From positions 3,757,168 through 3,821,167 of the forward strand of contig NZ_JAPNKE010000002.1 in the NCBI RefSeq assembly GCF_026626665.1: DNA of 64,000 bases, read 5' to 3'. The translations under genes and the position numbers were made by a program. Positions 42,707 through 52,706 of this stretch are shown one piece after another. The notes under the pieces are model-generated. The model saw only the letters and a list, made by a program, of their open reading frames with translations, ran no database searches and was not told where the DNA came from. How positions within the stretch are numbered: position 1 is the stretch's first letter; each line of letters opens with the position of its first letter. This stretch comes from Nannocystis pusilla. GTDB lineage: Bacteria > Myxococcota_A > Polyangia > Nannocystales > Nannocystaceae.

Positions 42707-44136
42707 GGGAGGGTTTCCTTTCTCTGTCTCGAAAGCAGCCGGCGGGTCAATCCCGCCTGAGCTCTTCCGGACGAACTATTGGTTGGTAGTCCCGGGTAGG
42801 CAAAGCTACGGTGTGGTGAAGCGCAAACGACGAAGACGTCCCATTCCGCGATACCCCCCTCTACGAGGCCTTGCAGCCGCGAATTCAGGGAATTGCCGGG
42901 GTCCCGCGGACCCGGCGGGGCGCGCGAGGAACCGCTCGAACAGGCACGATTTCCGCCGCCGCGGCCGCCTCGCCCACTGCTATCAATGTCGTCCGCCTGC
43001 CGCGGCCGTCCGCCGCGCCGGAGTCGTCCGCGCCTGCGCGATATCGAATGCCGCGAGCGATCGATCGCGCGAATATGACAGTACATCGCCCCGGCGATGT
43101 ATCTGACAGCGCACCCGACATTGCCGCGACCGGGCGACGATATCACGAACGGTTTATCAAACATCGCAGCGGCCCGCCCTGCCCGCGGCCCGTCTTGTCC
43201 TTCGCCTCATGCCGCGCGCCCCATGCCCGTCGTGCGCTCGCGCGGCGGACTCTCGATATCCGCCTGGTCGTCACCTCGCTGGGGCTCGCCTCGCGCGACC
43301 GTCGTCCGTCGCAAGCCTGCAGCTGCCCGTCCAGGGTCGTGCGCGTGAACCCGAGCCCTGCTCGCGTCACGCCGGCCGCCTCGTCGCCGCTCCCACCGGC
43401 CAGCCGCCGGGAGGAGCCGTGCGCGGCAGCCGACGTCGCCGGCGCGTCCCGCCCGACCGCGCACCCGCGAGCGAACGCCTGCGAGCGCGACGGCGCCGGT
43501 CGTCCGGCGTCGTCACGCCGAGCCCGACGCGCTCGCTACCTCGCCGCGCGCTACCGATGAGCCGCGTACCGCTTCGACATCCGCCGGCCCGGGTCGCGGC
43601 GCGCAGCGCCGCAGCCACCCCTCGCAGCGAAGATGTCGCCCGGGACACGTCCAATCAACATGACCTTATGCACATGTCCTTCCGGACATTCATACGCCCG
43701 CGGCCGACCGAGCGCCCACGCCGATGCGAGCAGCGCTCACGGACGCAGCGGACCGCGCTAGCGCCCGCGCCGCGAGCGTCGCGCTCGCACGAGCCACGGC
43801 AACGCCAGCAGCAGCCCGCCCGCGCCGTCATCCTGCTGTGAGTCTGCATCGTCGCCGGTAGCGACAATCGCCGCGACCGCCCGGCTCCGCCCCCGCGCAG
43901 GTCCGCATCGTCCATGACGGCGATTCATCACTCCGTACTGCCGACAATCGCTCCACCCGCCGCCCCGCCATCCCCGACCGCCGCGATTCATCCTGGGACG
44001 TCTCCCCTCGCATCCTACCGGCGCGCTCTGCCGCCCTCGGACGCGACCATGCACGTCAGACCTGTCCCATGAGCCAGCGTCCCCTGCGCGGACGAGCGAG
44101 CCCGCCGGCGCGCCATCGGCCGACCTGCCCTCTCGC

Positions 44137-44337
44137 TCAGCCCTCCGCCGCGCCCGGCCCTTCATGCTCCCAGCGCACGATCGGCCGCCCGTGCAGCGGC
44201 AGGCGCGTCCCGCGGTTCTCGCATTGCGGGCAGCGCAGCGCCTCCGGCGTCGGCATCGGCGCGCACGCGCTGCCGCGGCCGGCGGTCACCTGCACTTCGG
44301 GACAGCCGCACCGCGGGCACCTCGGCGCCTCGCTCAC
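44137..44337 (-). CDS. 66-aa zinc-ribbon protein (CPRCGC...CPQCE), translationally coupled to rSAM/SPASM gene
   Basis: The GTG start overlaps the TGA stop of the upstream gene (GTGA). GC3 is high. Two CxxC pairs lie 30 residues apart. Confidence 0.6.
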   Translation of the reverse strand: MSEAPRCPRCGCPEVQVTAGRGSACAPMPTPEALRCPQCENRGTRLPLHGRPIVRWEHEGPGAAEG

Positions 44338-45287
44338 GGCGACCCCGAGCGCTTGCGCAGGCGCTCGCGCAGCTCGGCCGGCACCGACTCGTGGCGCCGT
44401 GGGTCGGACAGCGGGCGCACCAGGTCCTCCGGCGCGATCAGCCACGGCGGCTCGGGCACCTCGTCGAGCTCGTAGAACCCGCCGCAGAAGCACGCGTGCG
44501 GGCACGACGCGCACACCGGCTTGCGGACCCGGCGCTCGGCCAGGTACTGCGCCAGGTTGACCGTCTCGTTGTTGACGAACGCCATGTGGCGCTCGAGCTT
44601 GCCGAGGTCGCCCTGCATCAGCGCCTCGTGGCCCGGCATGAAGCAGAACGGCAGGTTGATGATCTGCAGCTTCATCCGCGCCTGCCAGGCGTCGATCACC
44701 GCGCTCAGGGCCGCCGCCGCGCGGGCCGTGTCGGGTGCCAGCATCGCGGTCGCCCGCCCGAACGGCGTCAGAATTGATAGTTCACCCAGCGCAGCCCGAG
44801 CGACCACGCCAGCGCCGTGATGTCCGCCAGCTGCCCCTCGTTGTGCTTCGTGATCGTCACGTTGAGGCCGAGCTCGACCCCGCGCGGGGCCAGGCGGACC
44901 GCGTTGCGCACCCCCGCCAGCGTCTGCTCGAAGGCCTCCGCGACCCCGACGTTCTGCGCGTGCGTGCGGGCGTCGGCCCCGTGCACGCTGAACAGCAGCG
45001 ACGACAGCCCCGAGTTGACCAGGCGGGCCGCGAACGCCTCGTACGCGCACAGCCGGCCGTTCGTCGTCACGTTGATCGCCCGGTAGCCGAGCGCGCGCGT
45101 GGCGAATCAAGCCCAGCAGGTCCGGGTGCAGCGTCGGCTCGCCGCCGTCGATGTCGAGCAGCTCCACCCCTTGCTTGCGGTAGTGCGCCAGCTGCTCGCG
45201 CAGGCGCTCGCCGTCGCCGTGGAGCTGCGTGCGCGTGCCCACCGCGCAGAAGCTGCAGTGGTTGTTGCACGCGTAGGTCGCGTTCAT
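44334..45287 (-). CDS. radical SAM/SPASM-domain protein (GrrM/3-residue-cyclophane-forming-enzyme-like candidate), two apparent frameshifts (~45085, ~44775)
   Basis: CNNHCSFC is the CxxxCxxC rSAM cluster. The middle segment (...LGYRAINVTTNGRLCAYEAFAAR...GADARTH...) lies in the frame of ORF 44768..45070. The C-terminal SPASM motif is CASCPHACFCGG. Confidence 0.75.
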   Translation of the reverse strand: MNATYACNNHCSFCAVGTRTQLHGDGERLREQLAHYRKQGVELLDIDGGEPTLHPDLLGLIRHARARLPGDQRDDERPAVRVRGVRGPPGQLGAVVAAVQRARGRRPHARAERRGRGGLRADAGGGAQRGPPGPARGRARPQRDDHEAQRGAAGGHHGAGVVARAALGELSILTPFGRATAMLAPDTARAAAALSAVIDAWQARMKLQIINLPFCFMPGHEALMQGDLGKLERHMAFVNNETVNLAQYLAERRVRKPVCASCPHACFCGGFYELDEVPEPPWLIAPEDLVRPLSDPRRHESVPAELRERLRKRSGSP

Positions 45288-46799
45288 CACCAGCTTGCGC
45301 GGCCCCTGCGACGCGCGCACCCGCTGCTCGAACGTCCAGCGGAACTTCTCCAGCAGCTCGGCCGGCACCGTCGCCCCGGTCGGCGCCCGCTGGAACCGCG
45401 GCCCCCAGTCGCCGTCCTCCGGCGGCGGCGCCAGCGGCAGCGACCGGGCCAGCCGCGTGCCCGGCAGCGGCGTCGCGAACTGCACCGCCGGCCACGCCTT
45501 GAACCTGTCCCACAGATCCAGCGCGAAGCTCAGCGTCTGATTGATCTCCGCCGCCGACTCGCCCGGCTGACCGATGATGTAGTGGATCATCAGCGGCACG
45601 CCGGCCGCCGCCGCCGACTCCGCCGCGCGCACGATCGCCGCCAGGTCGAGCCGCTTGCCGACCACCTCGTCGACCACCCGCTGCGATCCGCTCTCGGCGC
45701 TGACGCTGAGCGTCGTGATCCGCCCGCGCATCGCCTGCAGGTGCCGCGGCTCGAGGTAATCGGCGCGCAGCCCGTTCGGCAGCTCGAAGCGCAGGCCCAG
45801 CGCCTGGATGTCCCCCAGGACATGATCGAAGTGCGCCGGGTGGACGTTGATCAGCTCGTCGAGCACGAACACCCGCTCGGCCCCGTGCTCGCGCGCCAGC
45901 GCCGTCAACAGCTGCGCCAGCGACGTCCGCGAGTGCCGCCGCTGCGTCTTCGGCCGGCCCGCCGCCACGTCCGGGTTCGAGCTGCAGTGCGCGCACTGGA
46001 ACGGGCACCCGCGGCTCGTCACCGCCGGCAGCGTGCGGCCGTCGATCGGGAACGCCCAGCCGCCGCGGCCGAGCCCGCGGACCACCGCCGCGCGGAACTC
46101 GTGGTGCGCCTCGAGGTCGACTTTGGACCATGCCGGAACGGGCAGGTCCTCGAGGACAGGTTGCTCCCCGCGGTGGAGCCCGCGCGGCGCCGGCCCGCCG
46201 GTCAAGTACGCCTGCAGCAGCGCCGGCACCGTCACCTCGGCCTCGAACTGCACGTACGCGTCGGCCTCCGGGTAGCTGGCGAGCAGCTGCGGCGCCGCCA
46301 CGTAGTGCTGCCCCGACTGGTAGCAGTCGGCCAGCACGATCGGCACCGCCGCCCCGTGGCGCGCCCGCAGCCCGGCGAGGAGGTCGGCGAGGAGGTCGTC
46401 GCGCGCCGGCGGCCGGTGGAACGGCGTGACCGCCACCACGATCGCCACGGCCGAGCCTGGGCACGCCGCCAGAGTCGCCGCGACCGTCGCCCCCAGGTGC
46501 GCCCGCCCGTCGCTGCGCCACGTCATTCCCGACGCCGCGTGACGCACCTCGCCCGGCGAGTCGTCCGCCTCGTTCGCGCCTCGCAGCCCGCTCGCCCGCC
46601 CGTCCGCCGCGTCTACGCCCCGCGGCGTCGTCAGCCTCGCCGGCAGCGCGTACGCGTCGACCAGGTCGCACTCGATCCCTCGCGCCTCGAGCACCGCTGC
46701 CAGCTGCACCGCCCCGAGGTCGACGAAGTACGGGTAGTCGATGAAGTCCCGCGCCACCGACACGGGCGGATGGACGACGAGGACGCGGCCGGGGCGCAC
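45288..46799 (-). CDS. B12-binding-domain radical SAM protein
   Basis: An N-terminal B12-binding domain (RVLVVHPPVS...DLVDAYAL) precedes an rSAM core with CPFQCAHCS. A GTG start at ~46799 is in frame. No stop separates it from the downstream rSAM/SPASM gene, so the 3' boundary is uncertain. Confidence 0.7.
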
Positions 46800-46857
46800 G
46801 GCCGGCGACGTTAGCACGCTTGCGGCCTGCGCGGGGCGCCGGGTACATTGCCCCGGA

Positions 46858-48783
46858 ATGGACGCTCTCCCCGCCACCGCGGTGCAGCACGAAGAGGCGG
46901 CGCACGAGCGGCGCAACTGGGTCCGGCTGACGTTCGACTGCAACGACCGCTGCGTGTTCTGCCTCGACGCCCACACGCACGACGGCACCAACCGCGACCG
47001 CGACGAGATCAAGGCCCAGATCCTCGACGGTCGCCGGCGCGGCGCCACCCGCCTCATCCTCTCCGGCGGCGAGCCCACCATTCACCCCAACTTCGTCGAC
47101 TTCGTGCGTCTCGGGCGGCGCGCCGGCTATCGCAAGATCCAGACCGTCACCAACGGCCGCATGTTCGCCTATCCGGCCTTCCTGCGGGCCGCCCTCGACG
47201 CCGGCCTCAGCGAGATCACGTTCTCGATCCACGGCCCCAACGCCCGGATCCACGACGCCCTCGTCGGCACCAAGGGCGCCTTCGACGAGGAGGTCAAGGG
47301 CCTGCAGGGCGCGCTCGCCGACGGTCGGCCGGTCGTCAACATCGACGTCTGCGTCAACCGCGGCAACGTCAAGCAGCTGCCCGAGCTCATGGCCACCTTC
47401 ACCGCCATGGGCGTGCGCGAGTTCGACCTGCTGCACGTCATCCCGTTCGGGCGCGCCTACAGCGAGGGCCGCGAGATCCTCTTCTACGACCTCGAGGCCA
47501 TGCGGCCCTACCTGCTGGAGGCCTTCGCCTACGCGCGCAAGCCCGGCATCCACGTCTGGCTCAACCGGTTCCCGCCGCAGCACCTCGAGGGCTTCGAGGA
47601 CCTGATCCAGGACCCGCACAAGCTGATCGAGGAGGTCCGCGGGCGCAAGGAGGAGTACGCGCTGCTGCTCGAGCACGACATCCCGCTCGACTGCCGCGCC
47701 CCCGAGCGCTGCAAGCACTGCTACTTGCAGCCGCTGTGCGACCGCCTCGACGACGTCCGGGCCGACCTCGCCGGCCAGGCCTTCGCGGTCCTGCGCGTCG
47801 ACGCCGGCGCCGACCGGCACGCCCCCGTCGCCTACGGCGGGGACCCGGCCAGCCGCCAGCACGCCGCTGCCCGCCTGCGCCGCGTCCTCGCCGAGCGGGC
47901 CCTCGCCGCCGGTCCCTCGGGACATGTCCCCGAGGACAGCGAAGACGCGTGGGCCGGCACCGCCGACGAGGCCGCCGCCGCGATGGCCGAGGCCCGCGCG
48001 GCAGCGCCGCTCGCCCCGCCGCGCCGAATCCGCCTGCCGCTGCTCGGCGCCGGCCCCTCGCTCCCGGCCGCCCCCGCGCGCCCGCGCCTCGACGCCCGCG
48101 CCCTCGCGGCCGCCGCCAAGCCCCGCGCGCTGTGGCTGCTCGCGCCCGACCTCGCGGCCGCCGAGGCGCTCGCCGCCGAGTTCCCCGACGTCCCCGAGCT
48201 CGAGCTCGAGCTGGCCGACCCGGCCGCCCTCCTCGCCCGCCTTTCGGACATGTCCGCCACATCATGTCCCGAAGGCCAGCCGATCACGATCGCCGGCAAG
48301 CGCCTCGCCCGCGTCGTCGTCGCCGACCCGGCCGCCGCGGCCGCCCTCCTCGACCTGAACCTCGACCTCGACGTCGTCCTCCTGCTCTCGCGCGCCGCCG
48401 AGCCGTGGCTGCTCGCGCTGGACCGCGCCCCCCCGCGCCTGGTCCTGCGCCAGCCCGCGCGCGAGCGTCTGACCGAGTCCGCCGAGCTCGACCTCGACCT
48501 CGTGCCCTTCTTCGCCGCCTTCCGCCACCCCGTCCCCGTCGAGGCCGTGCCCGCCTGCGTCCTCGGCCGCCCGCCGCGCGAGCGCCCCTCGGTGTTCGAC
48601 GCCGCCCAGCTCGGCCCCGACGGCGGCCTCGAGATCTTCCGCTACGCCCGCCGCTTCATCGACGACGGCTTCCACGTCAAGAGCCTGCGCTGCAAGACAT
48701 GTTCGTACGACCATGGCTGCAAGGGCATGCACATCAACTACGTGCGCGCCCACGGCTTCGCCGCCATGCGACCTGTCCCCTGA
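46858..48783 (+). CDS. radical SAM protein with ~300-aa C-terminal extension ending in a Cys-rich motif
   Basis: WVRLTFDCNDRCVFCLD is the CxxxCxxC motif, then GGEPT and a MoaA/PqqE-like core. The C-terminus reads ...LRCKTCSYDHGCKGMHINYV. The gene is divergent from the B12-rSAM operon. Confidence 0.8.
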   Translation: MDALPATAVQHEEAAHERRNWVRLTFDCNDRCVFCLDAHTHDGTNRDRDEIKAQILDGRRRGATRLILSGGEPTIHPNFVDFVRLGRRAGYRKIQTVTNGRMFAYPAFLRAALDAGLSEITFSIHGPNARIHDALVGTKGAFDEEVKGLQGALADGRPVVNIDVCVNRGNVKQLPELMATFTAMGVREFDLLHVIPFGRAYSEGREILFYDLEAMRPYLLEAFAYARKPGIHVWLNRFPPQHLEGFEDLIQDPHKLIEEVRGRKEEYALLLEHDIPLDCRAPERCKHCYLQPLCDRLDDVRADLAGQAFAVLRVDAGADRHAPVAYGGDPASRQHAAARLRRVLAERALAAGPSGHVPEDSEDAWAGTADEAAAAMAEARAAAPLAPPRRIRLPLLGAGPSLPAAPARPRLDARALAAAAKPRALWLLAPDLAAAEALAAEFPDVPELELELADPAALLARLSDMSATSCPEGQPITIAGKRLARVVVADPAAAAALLDLNLDLDVVLLLSRAAEPWLLALDRAPPRLVLRQPARERLTESAELDLDLVPFFAAFRHPVPVEAVPACVLGRPPRERPSVFDAAQLGPDGGLEIFRYARRFIDDGFHVKSLRCKTCSYDHGCKGMHINYVRAHGFAAMRPVP

Positions 48784-48866
48784 GCCATGCGCTCGCCCGC
48801 CGCCGCCACGCTCGCCGCTCGGCCAGGCCAGGCCCGTTCACCGCGCCGCCCGGCCCGCAGGAGCTC

Positions 48867-50920
48867 GTGACGCGCGCGTTGCCACCTCCGGCTCGGCGCC
48901 TGCAAGCGGCGCTCGACGCCGGCGACCTCGACGCTCACGACCCGCGCCTCGGCGCCCGCGGCTCCCTGCTGCGCGCCGTCGCTCTCGCTCGCCACGGCCG
49001 CCTGGCCCAGGCCCGCGCGGCGGCCGAAGCTGCCCTGAAGGACAGACCCGACGACGCCGCGGTCGCCCTCGCCGCCGCCGCCGTCTTGCGCGCCACCCAC
49101 GACTATCAGCGCTGCCTCGACGCCCTCGCCGCCGCCGCCCGGGCCGCCCCCGCGGCCACCCGCGCCGCGGCCACCCGCCTTGTCGGCTACGCCAGCGCCC
49201 TCGGCTGGGAGCGCGAGGTCGCGGCCGCGATCGCCCTCGGCCGCGCCGCCGACCCCACCGACCCGACCTGGGACGCCTTCGAGGCCCAGCTGCACCTGCG
49301 CAGCGGCGACCTCGAGCTCGCCATCGCCGCAGCCCGCCGCGGCCTGCAGCGCGCCCCCGAGTCGGCCAAGCTGCGCATGGAGCTGGCGGCCGCGCTGGCC
49401 CGCGCCGGCCACGATCACGACTGCGCCATCGAGGTCGCCGCCGCGGTCCGCCTCGCCCCCGCCGACGACGCCGCCTTCTACCACCGCGCCGCAGCGTTCG
49501 CCCTGCTCGAGACCGGCGACCTCGCCGGCGCCGCCCGCCACGGCGAGGCCGGCCTGCGCCTGCGACCCGACGATCCTGCGCTCGCCCTCGCCCTCGCGGA
49601 CATGTCCCTGTGGACAGGCGATCGCGCCGGCGCCCTGGCCCGCGCCGAGGCCGTCCCCGGTTCGCGCGGCCGCGCCGGGGCCTGCCGGATCCGCGGCCAG
49701 CTCTGCTCGCGGAGGGCGACGTCGACGCCGCCCTCCGTGAGCTCGAGCTCGCCTGCTCGGTGCCCGACCCCGCCGCCGAGCTGTCGCGCGCCGAGGCCCT
49801 GATCCGCCTGGGCGCGTGGGAGCCCGCCCACGCCGCGCTCACCCGCGCGACCGCGATCGGCGACGGCTACCTGTTCGCCGCCTGGATGCTGCGCTTCCTC
49901 GCCGCCGCCGGCGAGCGCCCGGCCCCCGACGCCCCCGTCAATCCGCGCCAGATCGAGGAGTTCGCCGAGGCCCTCGCCGAGGTCTCCCCGCACGGCCCGG
50001 CCGCGCTGGCCGCCGACCGCCAGGGCCCGCTGGTCGACGCCACCCGCGACGCCCTCGCGCGCATGGGCTGCAACCGCTCCGCCTTCGCCACCTATCACGA
50101 CGGACATGTCCTTCGGCGCCTGTCCACGAGGACAGGTGTTCGCCACGCCTCGCGCCAGGCGCTGCAGACCATCCGCAGCGCCGACCCGGCCCGCGCCCTC
50201 GCCCTGCTGGACGCCGCCTGCGCCCGCTGGCCGCGCTCCTCGCTGCCGCTGGCGCACCGCGGCGAGCTGCGGATGTGGCTCGGCGACGACGCCGGCGCCC
50301 GCGCCGACCTCGAGGCCGCCATCGCCATCAACCCGCGCACCCGCTGGGCCTACGTCGGCCTCACCCTCCTGGCCCAGAGGACAGGCGACCCCGCCGGCGC
50401 CCTCGCCGTTTCGGCCGCCGGCATCGCCCAGATGCGCGGCACCGTCGGCCCGGCCGTCTACGCCCACCGCGCCGGCGCCAGGGCGGCCACCGGCGACCTC
50501 GCGGGCGCCCTCGCGGACCTCGAGCACGCCGTCGTCAGCCACCCGGCCCGGATCGGCGCATGGGTCGAGCTCGGCCTGACCTACGCGGCCGCCGACGACC
50601 AGGCCGGCCTCGTCCGCGCCTTCGACCACCTCCGCGCCCACGCCCCCGGCCTGGTGTCCGACGCCGCCGCGGCCGTGCAACGACCTGCCTGGGGAGACAT
50701 GTCCTTCACGCCATGCTCCGAAGACCAGGCGACGATCCTCGCCGAGGCGCTGGCCATGGTCCGCGGCAACCGCTCCTCGACCTGCGTCACCTACGTCACC
50801 CGCGCGGGCCAGCTCCGCACGGTCCCCCACGGCCCCGCCGCGGCTCACCCGATGACGCGCATCGACGCCGACCTCACCGGCATCCGCACCATGCTGCTCC
50901 GCTCGCTCGGCGCGAGCTGA
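48867..50920 (+). CDS. TPR-repeat protein (frameshift ~49712)
   Basis: Multiple 34-aa TPR-like helical repeats (...AHDPRLGARGSLLRAVALARHGRLAQARAAAEAAL...). The N-terminal half lies in the frame of ORF 46848..49802 and the C-terminal half in the frame of ORF 48713..50920. Confidence 0.65.
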
Positions 50921-50940
50921 GGCCCGTCGTCATCAGCCGC

Positions 50941-51750
50941 TCACGCGCGATGGCGAATGGCGTCGAAGTCGATCGCGGGGGCGACCTCCCGACGACCGGC
51001 GAGATAGTCGTCGAGGAGCGCGCGCCTCGGTCCCAGCGGATCGGCGTCGAGGTCGTAGCCGGAGAACGAGCCGAGTTCGAGGGCGGCCCCGTCGGGCGGC
51101 GAACCGAGCAGCTGCAACGAGGCCAGGTCGGCGCGAGAGAACGCGACGATCTTCGCGCCCGCGAACACGCGCGCGGGCGACGGGAGCAGCAGCTCGGGCA
51201 TCTTGCGCGGCGCGCGAGCCAGGAGCTTGAGGTTCCCCGCGATCTGCGGACCTGCGACGATGGGCACCTCCGGCTCTCCCCAGAACCCGCGAGCCGTCTC
51301 GGCGTCCGGGTTCGTGTCCCGGAGAGCGCGCCAGACCTCGAGGATCCGCGGCGCATGGGTGCCGCGGGTCCAGTTGCCGCCCTGACACACGCCGGCGACG
51401 CCGGGCCGGCTGACGGCGATGTTCCAGTTGCAGATCGTCGACGCCTCGTCGCTCAGCGGCCCCGTCGGCACCACGAGCATCGCGTGCGGACAGGCCGGCG
51501 CGCGGGCCGGCTGGAGCTGCGCGCCGAGGATCGGCAGGTCCTCCGGGGAGGCCCCTCTGCGCGGGAGATAGAAGTGGACGAACCGCGAGAACCCCAGCTT
51601 GCGATCGAGGTCGCCGGTGGTGCGACGAATATGTCCGAGCGCGCCGAGGTCGTCCTTTCCGTGCAACGCGCCGAGGCGCCAAATGGACCGGGCTGCCGTC
51701 AATGGAAAGACGTGATAGGCGAACGGATGGGTCGACGAGTATGAGGCCAC
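50941..51750 (-). CDS. hypothetical protein
   Basis: The C-terminal 269 codons of ORF 50941..52551 have high GC3, from a GTG (VASYSSTHPF...). Upstream codons look non-coding. Confidence 0.5.
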   Translation of the reverse strand: MASYSSTHPFAYHVFPLTAARSIWRLGALHGKDDLGALGHIRRTTGDLDRKLGFSRFVHFYLPRRGASPEDLPILGAQLQPARAPACPHAMLVVPTGPLSDEASTICNWNIAVSRPGVAGVCQGGNWTRGTHAPRILEVWRALRDTNPDAETARGFWGEPEVPIVAGPQIAGNLKLLARAPRKMPELLLPSPARVFAGAKIVAFSRADLASLQLLGSPPDGAALELGSFSGYDLDADPLGPRRALLDDYLAGRREVAPAIDFDAIRHRA

Positions 51751-52706
51751 GGCGCTCCGTCGACGTCCTCGACGGTCCCTTCGAGACAAGGTAGCAGGTT
51801 CATCGAGCGCAGCGGACCTGCGGCACGGGCCAGACGAGGCCGGACTTCCGCCGCGGCAGCGGCCGCGCATGGGGTGTAGGACGCTCGGAGCCCCTGAGGC
51901 GCACTCGACGTCGTGCGATCGCTCGGCCACGCGGAGGCTCCGGACCTCGCCTTCGAACCTGCCCGCGGCCGCTGCGAACGCCAGCAAGAGCCGCGAGCCC
52001 GGACCCTCGCCCAGGCCGCCGACGTGGCCACACGTAGGTGCGCCGCCCTGTCGAGCGACGCGCTCCTTTTGCATCGGACGATCGACGTCCCGCGGGCCGC
52101 TGCGGAGCCGCCACGCTCCGGCGCGCGGTCGAAGTCGACGCATTCGCCGACGGCGCGCGCATGGTGTCGATCGCGTCATCGCTTTTGCCCAACCGGCCGT
52201 GAGCAGCCCGGAATGCCGTCGAACGACTGCCTCCGCCGGCGTGGACGGTCTGAATCGACGTCGCATTGGCGGGCTCGGTGCGCCGCTTCGAGCCGGCGGC
52301 GCGAGCGCATCAAGTCGCGATCGAGGTGCTCTCGTCGCGCCGTGGGCGGCGTCACCATGGCTCGATTCGCTGACGGCGCCGCCTGCGGCGGAAGAGCGTG
52401 AAGGCACCTTTAGCGCGTGGTGTCGGTATTCCGCCCAGTCGACGACCGAGGATGTAGTACGAATGTCCGCGCCCGGACAACCGCGATTGCAGGACACATT
52501 GCGCATAAGGTGACGTGCGAATCGGGCGCCGGGGCGCGAGCTTCGCCGCAACAGCGGCTGTTGAGACGCGTGTCACCTGTCCGCCTTGACGTGCCCCGAG
52601 TTTCGGGGGCACATCTGTATTTCGCGTGCGAGGCCTCGCCGATGGGCGGGTCTTCGGGGTGGTGGGATTCATGCGCAACAACGATTTTCGCGGGCCCTGG
52701 CGATTC

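Noticed and set aside
42871-43560. 229-aa plus-strand ORF in the large intergenic region
   Set aside because: Its translation is Arg/Ala/Pro-rich with no periodicity and overlaps AT-richer stretches, so it is more likely regulatory DNA.
44334-47081. Annotating the 915-aa ORF as a single B12-rSAM/SPASM fusion protein
   Set aside because: The SPASM half needs two frame corrections, and indel errors are frequent in this window. A missing stop is at least as likely as a true fusion, so it is kept as two genes with the fusion flagged as an open question.
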